Below, piece after piece: positions 38,673-47,707 of a DNA stretch of 64,000 bases. The DNA is from a virus. Location: positions 42,908 to 106,907 of the IMG/VR virus record IMGVR_UViG_3300034417_000033. One strand, written 5' to 3'. The notes under the pieces are model-generated. The model did no database searches. It saw nothing but the letters and a program-made list of their open reading frames with translations, and was not told the origin of the DNA. Both the position numbers and the translations under genes were made by a program. Numbering within the stretch: position 1 is the first letter of the stretch; each line of letters starts with the position of its first letter.

Positions 38673-41414
38673 TTAGCCAGCTAGGCTAGATCCAGTATTT
38701 TTAATACGGATCGGAATATAAATAAACTCGATCGCTTTTACTGGTTGGATTGCGATATCAATCCAAAGTTCGTTTCTATCAATACGATCTGGTGTGTTGT
38801 TGCTCTTATCGCACACAACCAAGAAGTCATACAAGCCACGCAATGTTACTAGGCTGCTTAACAAAGCATCATATGCAGACTTAGCATTGCCACGAGTAAT
38901 ATCATCGTTTGGTTCAAACAAGAAGCCATGGGATAATATATCTGCTTGGTAACGGATGAAGTTCAACAATCTTGCAACGTTGATTCTGTCCATTGCTGAT
39001 TCTGCAGAAGCACGAGTCTTCTGACCCCAAAGCACAATACCGCTGTTTGGAATAACACGGATTGGGTTGATGTTGTTAGTATAAAGAACATCACGCAAGC
39101 CTTGGTTCAAGCTAACTGCTGCAAATTCACCTTCAGCATTTACATAACCTACTGACGAAGCATTAGATACAACACCACGATTTAAACCAGCTGGAGCAAA
39201 CCATTGGTATGCAACTTGGTCATTATACGCAAGTGATCTAAGCGTCATGTGCGAAGCTGGAACAACAACGTTGGTTCCGTCTAAGTTAGTTGAGAAACCA
39301 CTTGGGTAGTAAATGCCCAAATACTCGTCTGCTGTGATCAAACCTTCATCGCCAGTTTCAGCAGCGTTGAATGCGTTTGTTGCCCAGTTGTGCAAATCTG
39401 TACCGTTAGCAGCTAAGTGGAACGGAGTATCACCAAGAACAAATGCAGTTTCTTTTCTGTCAATGTTCAATGAAACCATGTCGTCCATAAGCTCTGGATA
39501 ACCAGGAGTAGCAATCAAATTGTAGAATACTGATTCTGATCTGATGTCTTCGTTGTTTGCAATAGCTGCTTGAAGAGCTTTAACAACAATTTTCTTAACA
39601 GCAGCGTCGCCAGTTACTAAAGAACCATCAACTGCATTGCCGCTTTCGGAAACCCAACGATCGCCTACTAATTCGCCTTCAAATGTATAAGCTACAGTCC
39701 AACGCTTAACGTTTCTTGTAGAGTAACGTGTGTTGAATAACAACATTCCTGTTGGGTATGCAAGTGCATCAGGTGCATCAGCGTCAAGCACTGTTGCGGC
39801 GCTGCCAACAAACGGATTAGGAACAGTTGGTCTTGCATCAGCAAAAATTACACCTTTTGGAGAGGATTGATCTGTGTTATCAACAAGTCTCCAGCCAGTA
39901 GCAGTTTTAACATTAATGATTGGATAAGATGCAGTATCTGAAGTGTCAACCCATACGTCGCCAGTAGCTGCGCCGATCGGAGCACTTGGGGATACAACTG
40001 CAGGTTTTGCCAATTCTTTCCAAGCTCCAGCAGAAGCAATCATAATGTCAACTTTGTATGAAGGATCATACCAAAGTGTGCCATCTTCTAAATCGCCTGT
40101 TGGTTGTACATTGGACGCTTCATAAACAAGATTTTCCCAGTTGCTATATCTTCCGTCTGGGATTCCAATTGGGTCAGCTAAATCGTTAACAATAACCATG
40201 CTATTGCCAACCGAGTTCTCGAAAACCAGTTTATTGTCTATAACAATTGCAGTAATTTCGGCTGTGTTAAATCCAGTCCAAGCGTTAATTGCATCAGCAG
40301 CTTCTTGTGCTGTGGAAGTAGATGTCAAGCCAAGGGTTGCCAAATCAATAAGAATTGGAACGCCAGTGCTATCTGATATTCCAGCTTTACCAACACCGTA
40401 ATTCGTTAGTGTGGAACCCGGAGTATGCACAACTGTTCCGCCGTTGTGTATAAAGATTGGGTTTTGGTAAATGGTTAATACGTCTGTATCTCTATCAAGT
40501 CTGTAATTATAGTTAACATATGTTGAACCTGCTGTTAATGCAGACCCATATCCAATAATAGCTGCGTCGCCAGTGGCATAAGTTGGTGCAAGTACGTTAA
40601 CAAAAGATCCAGCTGTAGAATCATAATAACTAACATCAAAAGACAACTCTCTTAAATTAATCCAAAAATCGCCAGTAGATAATGCAGTGATATTATCTTC
40701 TCTAAGTGTTGGGTAAACATTTGAATATTGGATATCAATTCCTGGACCAGCATTAAAATCAGTTCCAGTCTTATCCATAACCTGCCAACCGGACGCAAAC
40801 TTTTTATAAATGGTGTTTTCTGTTCTAAAGTTTCCGTTGCCGTCTTCCACTCTACCTACAGTCACTGCGTGATTATAGTTGGATGGAACGCCCGATGGCT
40901 TAGCGTTTGAGTCTACTTCAGTAGTAACATAAAGAGGAACTTTGTTCCATGTATCAGTTGCGCCGTCAAACATGTAAAGGCCAAAACTGGATTTTGCCAA
41001 GTTCATCCAGAATGTACCTGGATTAGGATTAGCAACTGGTGGAACAGTTCTTGGTGCTAACTGACTTGTGTCAACGTCTGCTCTTAATACATAAGAAGCA
41101 TTAGAAATTCCTAAGAATGAATGATCAGCTAACAAGCCGTATTCGTTCAATGAATAACCGTGAAGTGAATTTCCTCCAACGGAGTAAAAGTTTGGTGTAC
41201 CGAAAGTTTGAAGCAACTCTCTTTGAGAAGCAACTAACCACAGTTTGCCAGCGTTTGCTTTTGTAGTACCAATTGCAATCGCGTCGCCTGCAGGTGTAAG
41301 TTTATCTTGCGCTGTTGCAATAATAACGAGAGGCACAGTCCCTGGTCCGGAACTTACATAAAATGACTCGTCTGTTACTGTAATAGCGGTTCCTGGTGAA
41401 ATAAGTGTCGCCAC
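38673..41414 (-). CDS. tail sheath protein (gp18-like)
   Basis: LISPG...DES, FGTP.F, WFAPAGLNRG, LY...INPI, WGQKT, DRINVARL, FEPND; late promoter at 41458-41465. Confidence 0.95.
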   Translation of the reverse strand: MATLISPGTAITVTDESFYVSSGPGTVPLVIIATAQDKLTPAGDAIAIGTTKANAGKLWLVASQRELLQTFGTPNFYSVGGNSLHGYSLNEYGLLADHSFLGISNASYVLRADVDTSQLAPRTVPPVANPNPGTFWMNLAKSSFGLYMFDGATDTWNKVPLYVTTEVDSNAKPSGVPSNYNHAVTVGRVEDGNGNFRTENTIYKKFASGWQVMDKTGTDFNAGPGIDIQYSNVYPTLREDNITALSTGDFWINLRELSFDVSYYDSTAGSFVNVLAPTYATGDAAIIGYGSALTAGSTYVNYNYRLDRDTDVLTIYQNPIFIHNGGTVVHTPGSTLTNYGVGKAGISDSTGVPILIDLATLGLTSTSTAQEAADAINAWTGFNTAEITAIVIDNKLVFENSVGNSMVIVNDLADPIGIPDGRYSNWENLVYEASNVQPTGDLEDGTLWYDPSYKVDIMIASAGAWKELAKPAVVSPSAPIGAATGDVWVDTSDTASYPIINVKTATGWRLVDNTDQSSPKGVIFADARPTVPNPFVGSAATVLDADAPDALAYPTGMLLFNTRYSTRNVKRWTVAYTFEGELVGDRWVSESGNAVDGSLVTGDAAVKKIVVKALQAAIANNEDIRSESVFYNLIATPGYPELMDDMVSLNIDRKETAFVLGDTPFHLAANGTDLHNWATNAFNAAETGDEGLITADEYLGIYYPSGFSTNLDGTNVVVPASHMTLRSLAYNDQVAYQWFAPAGLNRGVVSNASSVGYVNAEGEFAAVSLNQGLRDVLYTNNINPIRVIPNSGIVLWGQKTRASAESAMDRINVARLLNFIRYQADILSHGFLFEPNDDITRGNAKSAYDALLSSLVTLRGLYDFLVVCDKSNNTPDRIDRNELWIDIAIQPVKAIEFIYIPIRIKNTGSSLAG

Positions 41415-41513
41415 TTTAAAACCTCCTTTTGATTTTAGCTAAAATAGTTTCTATACTTATTTATCGTTATCTTAGGAAAAGGAGGTGTTTTAAACCGGGG
41501 TATTTATGACATT

Positions 41514-42149
41514 TTAAGAAATAATTTTAGCTATAGAAAAAACCTGCTGTTTTAGATCATCTAGTGTCCCAGTGTTTGTTATTACATGGTCTGTCGGCAC
41601 AGCAAGCCAAGCCCATTCGCTGAAATGAACATCCGCGTATTTTTCTTCCATTGCAGCTTTTGCAATCTCGTTACCATTGACAGCTAGTGTTGCAATCTCT
41701 TCCCACTCAGGAGGATGCTTTCCTTTTACACGAATTATTTTGCCGCCCAAAGAACGAATGTGCTGCATTTCATTTGGAAATCTTGCATCACTAATTATGA
41801 TATTTTTATTACTAGATTCCATGAATCGCCGCTCAAATGTTAAGAGCCACATATCAGGATTAAAATGATCTCGAAGGGTATCTGTACCAATTAATTGCAT
41901 TGCTTTTCGTGGTGTGAATTTAGGAATCCCTAATTTATCAGACCACCACTTGTCAACAGTATTGCGCCATTCTCTGCTTTCAGGTGTGTCGCCTTCTAGT
42001 AAACTACGTTCCCAGCCAAACAAAGGCGCAACAATATCTTTTAGTGTTGCTGCAAAGCTGTCTCGCTCGTAGTTAAAGTTGTCTACAAAGAAATTTGCGG
42101 CAGTGTCTTTGCCGCTACCAATAAAACCAGAAATTGCAAGAAGTGTCAT
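41514..42149 (-). CDS. deoxynucleoside monophosphate kinase (gp1-like)
   Basis: GFIGSGKDT, SFA..LKD, TPR.AMQ.IGT, ISDARFPNE, H.SE; promoter TTGATA-17-TATACT upstream. Confidence 0.9.
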   Translation of the reverse strand: MTLLAISGFIGSGKDTAANFFVDNFNYERDSFAATLKDIVAPLFGWERSLLEGDTPESREWRNTVDKWWSDKLGIPKFTPRKAMQLIGTDTLRDHFNPDMWLLTFERRFMESSNKNIIISDARFPNEMQHIRSLGGKIIRVKGKHPPEWEEIATLAVNGNEIAKAAMEEKYADVHFSEWAWLAVPTDHVITNTGTLDDLKQQVFSIAKIIS

Positions 42150-42202
42150 ACGCTATCCTTTTATTTTTATAAGAAGCAGTATAACACAACTTGCAACAAA
42201 TA

Positions 42203-42958
42203 TCAACCAATAATAAAAGGCATGCCTCTATCAGAAGTAACAAATTGCAAAATCTCTTCCTCGAGCCTTTGCATTTCTGCGAGGCCTTCTTGTTTCAGTG
42301 CATCGCCATTTAATGTTACGTTTCCGTTCGGTCCTGGCAATCCGCTTGTAATTTTGCTTCTTGCTTCACCCAACATAAACTTAGACTGTGCTAACGCATA
42401 ATCTCTAATCCACGGTCCAGAATATGTGCCTGTAATAAGATCGTCTTCTGCCTTTGCCAAGTATACAGTAACCATCACTGTTTCTTCACCTTCAGGACGA
42501 CGCAGTAATGTTAACTTGTGGTCTGACTCATTCCAAATAAAGTTAATTTCAGAAGAGAAAACTCTTGCCAATGTTTCTTTATATTCGCTAAATAATTCCC
42601 ATGTTGCAAGCCCGCCAGTTTGACCCCATTGCAATAAGAAGTAATTGCTGAATGCTGCCTCAAATGGATCGAAGTTGATGCCACCGCCACCAATTGTCAC
42701 ACCTACGCCGCGGCGATAAATTTTTCGGATTTCTTGAACGTTTTCAGGAAGGTTATAAACGTTCTGATCTTCCTGAAGATTCATAAACATAGTATCTTCA
42801 TTTGTGGATCCATCAGAACGCTGTCTGTATCTTTGTATTGCTAGGGTAATTGCCAAATCTAAGTGTTCTGGGTCAAGCTCAACTTCTACCATGCCGATAC
42901 CAAGCATAAGCTGGATTTGTTTTTTGAGCGTGTGCCTTGCAGAAGTCATTGCTGTCAT
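42203..42958 (-). CDS. neck protein (gp13-like)
   Basis: LG...VEVEL, WIRDYALA..K..LGEARSK, LPGPNG.VTLNG; late promoter at 42979-42986. Confidence 0.85.
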   Translation of the reverse strand: MTAMTSARHTLKKQIQLMLGIGMVEVELDPEHLDLAITLAIQRYRQRSDGSTNEDTMFMNLQEDQNVYNLPENVQEIRKIYRRGVGVTIGGGGINFDPFEAAFSNYFLLQWGQTGGLATWELFSEYKETLARVFSSEINFIWNESDHKLTLLRRPEGEETVMVTVYLAKAEDDLITGTYSGPWIRDYALAQSKFMLGEARSKITSGLPGPNGNVTLNGDALKQEGLAEMQRLEEEILQFVTSDRGMPFIIG

Positions 42959-42985
42959 AGAAACCTCGTTGTTTCTACTATTTAT

Positions 42986-43255
42986 CTAGTCTATCGAGTT
43001 GTATGGTGACGCTCCAGCTTCTCCTGGATTCTTTAACCTAAGTAAAAAAATCTCCTCTTCCGATAAGTTGAGTCCTTTGCAAAATTCATGAAAATCAGGA
43101 TATACATGGCCACAATATGCCCACACATAAAATTTACCAGATCTAGACACAAATGCTGGACCATCTAATCTGTGCAGGTCACCATTTTGATTTTTCCATC
43201 GAGTTCCGCCATTCCGGTCAACGGTCATGACTGACGCCATGTTATTTTTCGACAC
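42986..43255 (-). CDS. small hypothetical protein with LHRLDGPA motif
   Basis: W.NQNGDLHRLDGPA; EEIFLLRLK. Confidence 0.65.
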   Translation of the reverse strand: MSKNNMASVMTVDRNGGTRWKNQNGDLHRLDGPAFVSRSGKFYVWAYCGHVYPDFHEFCKGLNLSEEEIFLLRLKNPGEAGASPYNSID

Positions 43256-44366
43256 TTAAAATAAGAACATGTTCGTTTAAGCGACCGTTAAGTTTAGTTT
43301 CGATACCAGTTACTGCGGTAAACTCTTTCTTCTTATTTGTTTTGTTTGCTTTCATAAACGACTTTAGTGAAAGAGTAGTGTTTTTCCTAATAGATTTTTC
43401 AACACTTTTCTCTGAGAAGCCTTTGATTGCAGTGCCTTTTACTGTTAAGCCTGCGGCGTCTGCTGCAATGTACACGCCAAGTTTTTTAGTCTTAGTGTTG
43501 TACACCCAAATTTCTTTCGATGCAACAAGGTTAACCGGCCGAATGCTTGTAATTCCCAAATCAGTGTCAACCTCTTTAAATTTCAATTTAGAAACAACTT
43601 TAGCAACATCAATTGCTTTCTTCTGTCTCGGCTTTTTAGCAGGTGTTGACGATGCTTTAAGGTGTTCTACTGCATTAAGCACATCCTGGAACATGCCGTG
43701 CAATTTCTTTAGTTGCGGCTTTGTTAAGTATGAGTACCCTTCATTTAACTGCTCGTCCTGTCCCCCAATTGCTTCCGCAATTTCTGCAAGATCAGGTTCG
43801 TAAAATTTAGAAATGTGCCTATAGTGACCAACTTTTAGATTCGAGTGTAAAAAGTGCTTCTTAATATCGAATAAGTGAATATTAAAAGTCTTAGGATCTG
43901 TACAAAACGAATCGATCCAATGATCAACATTGCTACACGCTTCTGCAGCCTTTTCTCTGAGGTGGTCTTGTATGTTTGCTTTTTTTGGTGCAGCAGGTTT
44001 TGCTTCGGCGGTAACTACTTCTACTTTCACAGAAGACTTTGCGCGTTTGCCTGCGTTTTCTTGCATTGCTTGCAGATGCTTATGGAAGCTCGCCATGATC
44101 TCGGGTGTTAGTTCTCCACCGTTTTGCAGCATGTATCCGTATTTGCCAATTGCGTCAAACTCATAATCCGGAAGAGAATTTAGAATTTTGAAATCATACT
44201 CAGTGTTCTTTTTAATCCATGCCATAGTGGCAGGTTTTAATTTCTTAGAATCAATCTCGTAGTTGGTATAAAACCGTGCTTTGAAAAATTCCCTGTCGTA
44301 ATCTTTAGCAGTCAGTTTTAATTGGGAGAAATCATATTTAATAACAGTATAGCGTGGAGCCGACAT
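43242..44366 (-). CDS. conserved hypothetical protein
   Basis: WVYNTKTKKLG...GLTVKGT...NGRLN; promoter TTGCTC-17-TATACT upstream. Confidence 0.7.
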   Translation of the reverse strand: MSAPRYTVIKYDFSQLKLTAKDYDREFFKARFYTNYEIDSKKLKPATMAWIKKNTEYDFKILNSLPDYEFDAIGKYGYMLQNGGELTPEIMASFHKHLQAMQENAGKRAKSSVKVEVVTAEAKPAAPKKANIQDHLREKAAEACSNVDHWIDSFCTDPKTFNIHLFDIKKHFLHSNLKVGHYRHISKFYEPDLAEIAEAIGGQDEQLNEGYSYLTKPQLKKLHGMFQDVLNAVEHLKASSTPAKKPRQKKAIDVAKVVSKLKFKEVDTDLGITSIRPVNLVASKEIWVYNTKTKKLGVYIAADAAGLTVKGTAIKGFSEKSVEKSIRKNTTLSLKSFMKANKTNKKKEFTAVTGIETKLNGRLNEHVLILSVEK

Positions 44367-44387
44367 AATGCACCTTTATTGTTTTAG

Positions 44388-44564
44388 TTAGAATAGTATA
44401 TAGCCTTTTTGGAGGAAGAGCAACCGTAAAAAAAGGTTGCTGTTGCAACCTTTGTGTTTTTCTTTTCTGGAATAATCTTTTTTCTTATCCCTATGCACTT
44501 GTGCCTTATTAAATGTTGCAGCGTGTTTTGCCACAAAATTATTAGTTGTCTGTCGCTTCTTCAT
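44388..44564 (-). CDS. ArfA-like small basic protein (candidate ribosome rescue factor)
   Basis: GAGGAG RBS; NNFVAKH..F...V.RDKKK.Y.RK.KH resembles the ArfA core; hydrophobic tail; internal terminator. Confidence 0.55.
   Translation of the reverse strand: MKKRQTTNNFVAKHAATFNKAQVHRDKKKDYSRKEKHKGCNSNLFLRLLFLQKGYILF
44428..44453 (-). terminator. intrinsic terminator inside the ArfA-like ORF
   Basis: AAAGGTTGC-AACA-GCAACC followed by T7 on the minus strand. Confidence 0.75.
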
Positions 44565-44579
44565 TTTATACTCCTCGGA

Positions 44580-44652
44580 AATAAAGACTCCCCTTAAGGT
44601 AGCGAACAATAAGGGGAGTCACGTAACCACAACGGTCCCACGGTGCAGTTAA
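44580..44652 (-). ncRNA. candidate late small RNA or leader ending in an 11-bp hairpin
   Basis: GATAAATA at 44656-44663; GACTCCCCTTA/TAAGGGGAGTC stem followed by TTTATTT. Confidence 0.45.
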
Positions 44653-44663
44653 TATTATTTATC

Positions 44664-45161
44664 TTATTCTGGTGTTATATTGAACTTTAAACAGAACACC
44701 AACAAATCCTGCTTGCTTCGGAACTGCATCCGAAACTTATTTCTAGTGCCGTTGTATGTGTAATCTACTATTTTGTGTTCCCTGTAAAATATTCTGTGAT
44801 CATCAGTGTTAACTCCAAACTTCATGTGTTCTGATAATTTTAGATTATTACTTGGTGAAATAATTAACACGTCATGAGACGAAACTTTGTACGTGACACT
44901 CCATTGCGAACAGCATGACAGCGAATACCAATCACTGTACTCCTTCAGACATTGCTCGAAGTGTGATCGAAAGAAACCAACATGTAAGTCATGGTACGTA
45001 ATGTCATTTTCTGGATCAGACACATCGTGCAAGTCAATCTTTAAAAATGTACCTGATGGCCGTTTTAGTAACTTTGCCTTTCCGTGATTGGGCAGGCAGC
45101 GATGCCGAAAGGTTGCAAGGTCAAATTCAGCCACGTTTTCTAAACTCCAGATAGTTATCAA
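44664..45161 (-). CDS. hypothetical protein (FxxxxDLLxFxLK family)
   Basis: C-terminal MQFRSKQDLLVFCLKF; true start probably near 45134. Confidence 0.55.
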   Translation of the reverse strand: MITIWSLENVAEFDLATFRHRCLPNHGKAKLLKRPSGTFLKIDLHDVSDPENDITYHDLHVGFFRSHFEQCLKEYSDWYSLSCCSQWSVTYKVSSHDVLIISPSNNLKLSEHMKFGVNTDDHRIFYREHKIVDYTYNGTRNKFRMQFRSKQDLLVFCLKFNITPE

Positions 45162-45459
45162 GCAAGGACTGTATGGAAGCTGCCCCAGCTGGGTTTGCCG
45201 AATGCACGTTAAATTGGAATCCTTCTGGAATTGCAGTGCCGCCCATTTCTAAGTCATGCTCAACCAACCACTTTGCAAAGTCCGATCCGTCTTGGCCTGG
45301 GCCTTGCGCTAAGTCGTGATCGAAGCTAATGTAATCCGGAACACCATTCGTCAGTATGTACACGATCGCTGCTTTCATTGTGCGAACAATAGTCCACGGG
45401 CGATCGGTTTTAGGCGTTCTTTCATCATCCAAATACAAGTATTTCACGGTTTCTTCCAC
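45127..45459 (-). CDS. cyclic-phosphate-processing receiver-like domain protein
   Basis: LYLDDER, ISFDHDL, G.D.AKWL, VHSANPAG. Confidence 0.75.
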   Translation of the reverse strand: MEETVKYLYLDDERTPKTDRPWTIVRTMKAAIVYILTNGVPDYISFDHDLAQGPGQDGSDFAKWLVEHDLEMGGTAIPEGFQFNVHSANPAGAASIQSLLDNYLEFRKRG

Positions 45460-45830
45460 AACTCATAATAATATTTAGGATCAACATCAACCTCAACATC
45501 TTGTTGATATCTGTAGGGAGACGAGTTCTGTTTGTGCATTCGTTTCAACTGTTCTAAAACATCGTTCTGTGCGTTAGCTGCGTTAGCTGCTTCTTTCTTT
45601 TTTGCAGCGTTGAGCGTGCCACGTCGAATTTCATGAAAGCGTTCTTCTAATTTTTCATCAATAAACTTATTATAGTCGGCCAGTTCAGTAAATGCAACAG
45701 CAAGAGACTTGCTGTCTTGAGTGTAATAGATTTTAAATTGTCCGGACAGCCTACCATCTAGAAATAAATCCATCTCCATAGCAGTAGTGTCCGAAGATTT
45801 AATCTTTGTATCTACAATGTAAAGCTCCAT
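45444..45830 (-). CDS. hypothetical protein (paralog of 45832..46095)
   Basis: IVDTKI...AVAFTELADYNKF shared layout with its neighbour. Confidence 0.6.
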   Translation of the reverse strand: MELYIVDTKIKSSDTTAMEMDLFLDGRLSGQFKIYYTQDSKSLAVAFTELADYNKFIDEKLEERFHEIRRGTLNAAKKKEAANAANAQNDVLEQLKRMHKQNSSPYRYQQDVEVDVDPKYYYELWKKP

Positions 45831-45831
45831 A

Positions 45832-46095
45832 TTAAGACATCCTTAAGAATTCAGCTAACACCTTTTCTAAATTCTTCATTTTAAACATAGTTGCGTCTTC
45901 ACCTTTAGCAAATGCAATACTAACAAGAGGGTATGACGATACCGTAGATTCGTAATAGTAATATTTTACTTCATCAATAAATTGGCCGTAAACAAAGGCT
46001 TTAAATACTGCTTCATTCATTGCGCTCTGTCTAAGTTTTGTGTCAATTAATACCCACGATTTAACGCGGATAGTATCTGGCTCGGAACTCATCAC
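45832..46095 (-). CDS. hypothetical protein
   Basis: LIDTKL...SIAFAKGEDATMFKMK. Confidence 0.6.
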   Translation of the reverse strand: MMSSEPDTIRVKSWVLIDTKLRQSAMNEAVFKAFVYGQFIDEVKYYYYESTVSSYPLVSIAFAKGEDATMFKMKNLEKVLAEFLRMS

Positions 46096-46384
46096 ACTTC
46101 TCCTTCGATTCTTTCAGGCCGAGGCCGGTTTTATTTCTATACCACTTGATCAGCTCTACTATATTGTCACCCTTAAACGGATGCCCTTCAAAATCGCCGA
46201 AGCCATGGGATAGTCGGAAGATAAATTTCTCGTAGTCTGTTTTAATTAACGAGATGTCTTCTTTCATGGTCATGTTCATGATCCATTTTACTGCATCTGG
46301 AAACTCGTCATAGTTTTTCTTAACAAGTTCTTCCAACTGTTCTTTAAACGTCAGCATACTCATGATTATGTCCAGTAATTCCAA
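46061..46384 (-). CDS. protein with ribosomal L7/L12 C-terminal-like motif
   Basis: IKWYRNKTGLGLKESKEKCD versus the L12 consensus IKxVRxxTGLGLKEAKxxVE. Confidence 0.6.
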   Translation of the reverse strand: MELLDIIMSMLTFKEQLEELVKKNYDEFPDAVKWIMNMTMKEDISLIKTDYEKFIFRLSHGFGDFEGHPFKGDNIVELIKWYRNKTGLGLKESKEKCDEFRARYYPR

Positions 46385-46833
46385 GCGAGGGTGGATGGTG
46401 CAATAACCTTACATCGGTACTGCTGGCCTTCTTCAGCAGTTAACAGCGTAGTATCCCATCGTTTATTAAAGACGTGGGCAGGCAAATAGGAACGTGCGTC
46501 TTTTATCTGGGCTTGATCTGTGTTGCCACAGCCGCCGTGGATGCCTAAGTCTCTAGCCACTTGCCATATTGCAGGCCAAGGACCTGTTTTTACATTCTCA
46601 GTGCCCCAAATTTCGCAATAGTTTATTACTAAGTATTTCATGCCAGCTGCGTTTGCTTTAGCAAGCAGCATTTCAAAATTCTGTTTTTGCAACGGAGCTA
46701 ATTCTGCCATAGCATCGTCTTGTACTTTAGCATAAAGAAAATTATGCACTGCATCGAAGCCACCTGGTAATCTAGGCTTATTGTATCCAATCTGCGTAGC
46801 ATATAACTTGTCGCACAATTTAACATCGATCAT
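46366..46833 (-). CDS. hypothetical protein
   Basis: ORF with RBS. Confidence 0.6.
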   Translation of the reverse strand: MIDVKLCDKLYATQIGYNKPRLPGGFDAVHNFLYAKVQDDAMAELAPLQKQNFEMLLAKANAAGMKYLVINYCEIWGTENVKTGPWPAIWQVARDLGIHGGCGNTDQAQIKDARSYLPAHVFNKRWDTTLLTAEEGQQYRCKVIAPSTLAWNYWT

Positions 46834-46850
46834 ATATCACCAGAAGTAAG

Positions 46851-47053
46851 TTTGTGTGTTAGGTTCCCCAATCCCTAACTCCCCCACCTGAATTAGCAAC
46901 CACCGAAGTTACTTACTCATTAACGTGAGCAGTGCCTCTTGCCATCATCGGTAACACATATTGTTCCTGGATTATTCAGTTTCGAATCCAGGAACACTAT
47001 TAGCGTCATCGTCAACTATCAGGTTCGCATCCAGTCCGTTAAGACTACACAAA
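46851..47053 (-). ncRNA. candidate structured ncRNA A
   Basis: Closing stem TTTGTGT/ACACAAA, 12-bp hairpin at 46962-46996, several further hairpins, no credible ORF. Confidence 0.55.
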
Positions 47054-47061
47054 GGCTGCAA

Positions 47062-47640
47062 TTAATGTGGGAGCGTAATGCCTTTATCCACACCAGTTTT
47101 GAACGTTTCTTGCGAGTGCTCGCTTTGAATAACTTTGTAATCGTCAAGATTAATACTTGGGTAACCAGCAATGCCTAACCAGAACTTAGACCAGGGCTGT
47201 TTGGTTGCAATCGCATAAGGCGTAGTATGTTCAAGCACAAGGCGCTGCGAAGCTTCAAACTTGTTACGGCCGGCTTCCATTGCTTCCTGAACTGAGCGGT
47301 ATAGTTTCGGATCCAAGTTTGGATTCTGTTCTTTAAGGAACTGGAATACCGCTTTAGAGCCATCCTTACCGTATCTACCAGATAGTGCTGCTGTATACAC
47401 GTCTTGCAAGTCCTTCTTGTACATTGCAGGGACTTGAGCCATTTCACCAATCTTCAGAGAATATTGCGCAAGGACGTTTTGACTATCGCTCCAAGTTTTC
47501 TTGATATTTTCTTCTGAGGTAACAGCAAAGTTAGCATAATGGAAGTACATATACGCAAAGGTGCCGCCAATTGTAAGCAAAATGCCTAGTACAGCGCCGA
47601 GCATAATGACTGCGACGTTGCCTCGTTGTTTCGATTGCAT
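47062..47640 (-). CDS. membrane-anchored LemA-like protein
   Basis: Single N-terminal TM then helical domain (EE.I...W....NVL, LKEQNPNL, IEAGRN-like). Confidence 0.55.
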   Translation of the reverse strand: MQSKQRGNVAVIMLGAVLGILLTIGGTFAYMYFHYANFAVTSEENIKKTWSDSQNVLAQYSLKIGEMAQVPAMYKKDLQDVYTAALSGRYGKDGSKAVFQFLKEQNPNLDPKLYRSVQEAMEAGRNKFEASQRLVLEHTTPYAIATKQPWSKFWLGIAGYPSINLDDYKVIQSEHSQETFKTGVDKGITLPH

Positions 47641-47678
47641 GTTTATCTCCAGTTTAGGTTAGTAAAATTACAGTTACA

Positions 47679-47707
47679 TTATACAGGCATTAATACCTGC
47701 TAGTCAA
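47679..47707 (-). promoter_or_regulatory. sigma70-type promoter
   Basis: TTGACT-18-TATAAT. Confidence 0.55.

Noticed and set aside
44565-44609. ORF-track N-terminal extension of the ArfA-like gene (similarly 61390-61431 and 62035-62106)
   Set aside because: These extensions run through an RNA hairpin or tRNA sequence; downstream starts are better supported.
46980-47025. Hammerhead ribozyme core (CTGATAG...GAAAC on the minus strand)
   Set aside because: The core should be CUGANGA with a stem II before GAAA; neither sequence nor pairing fits.
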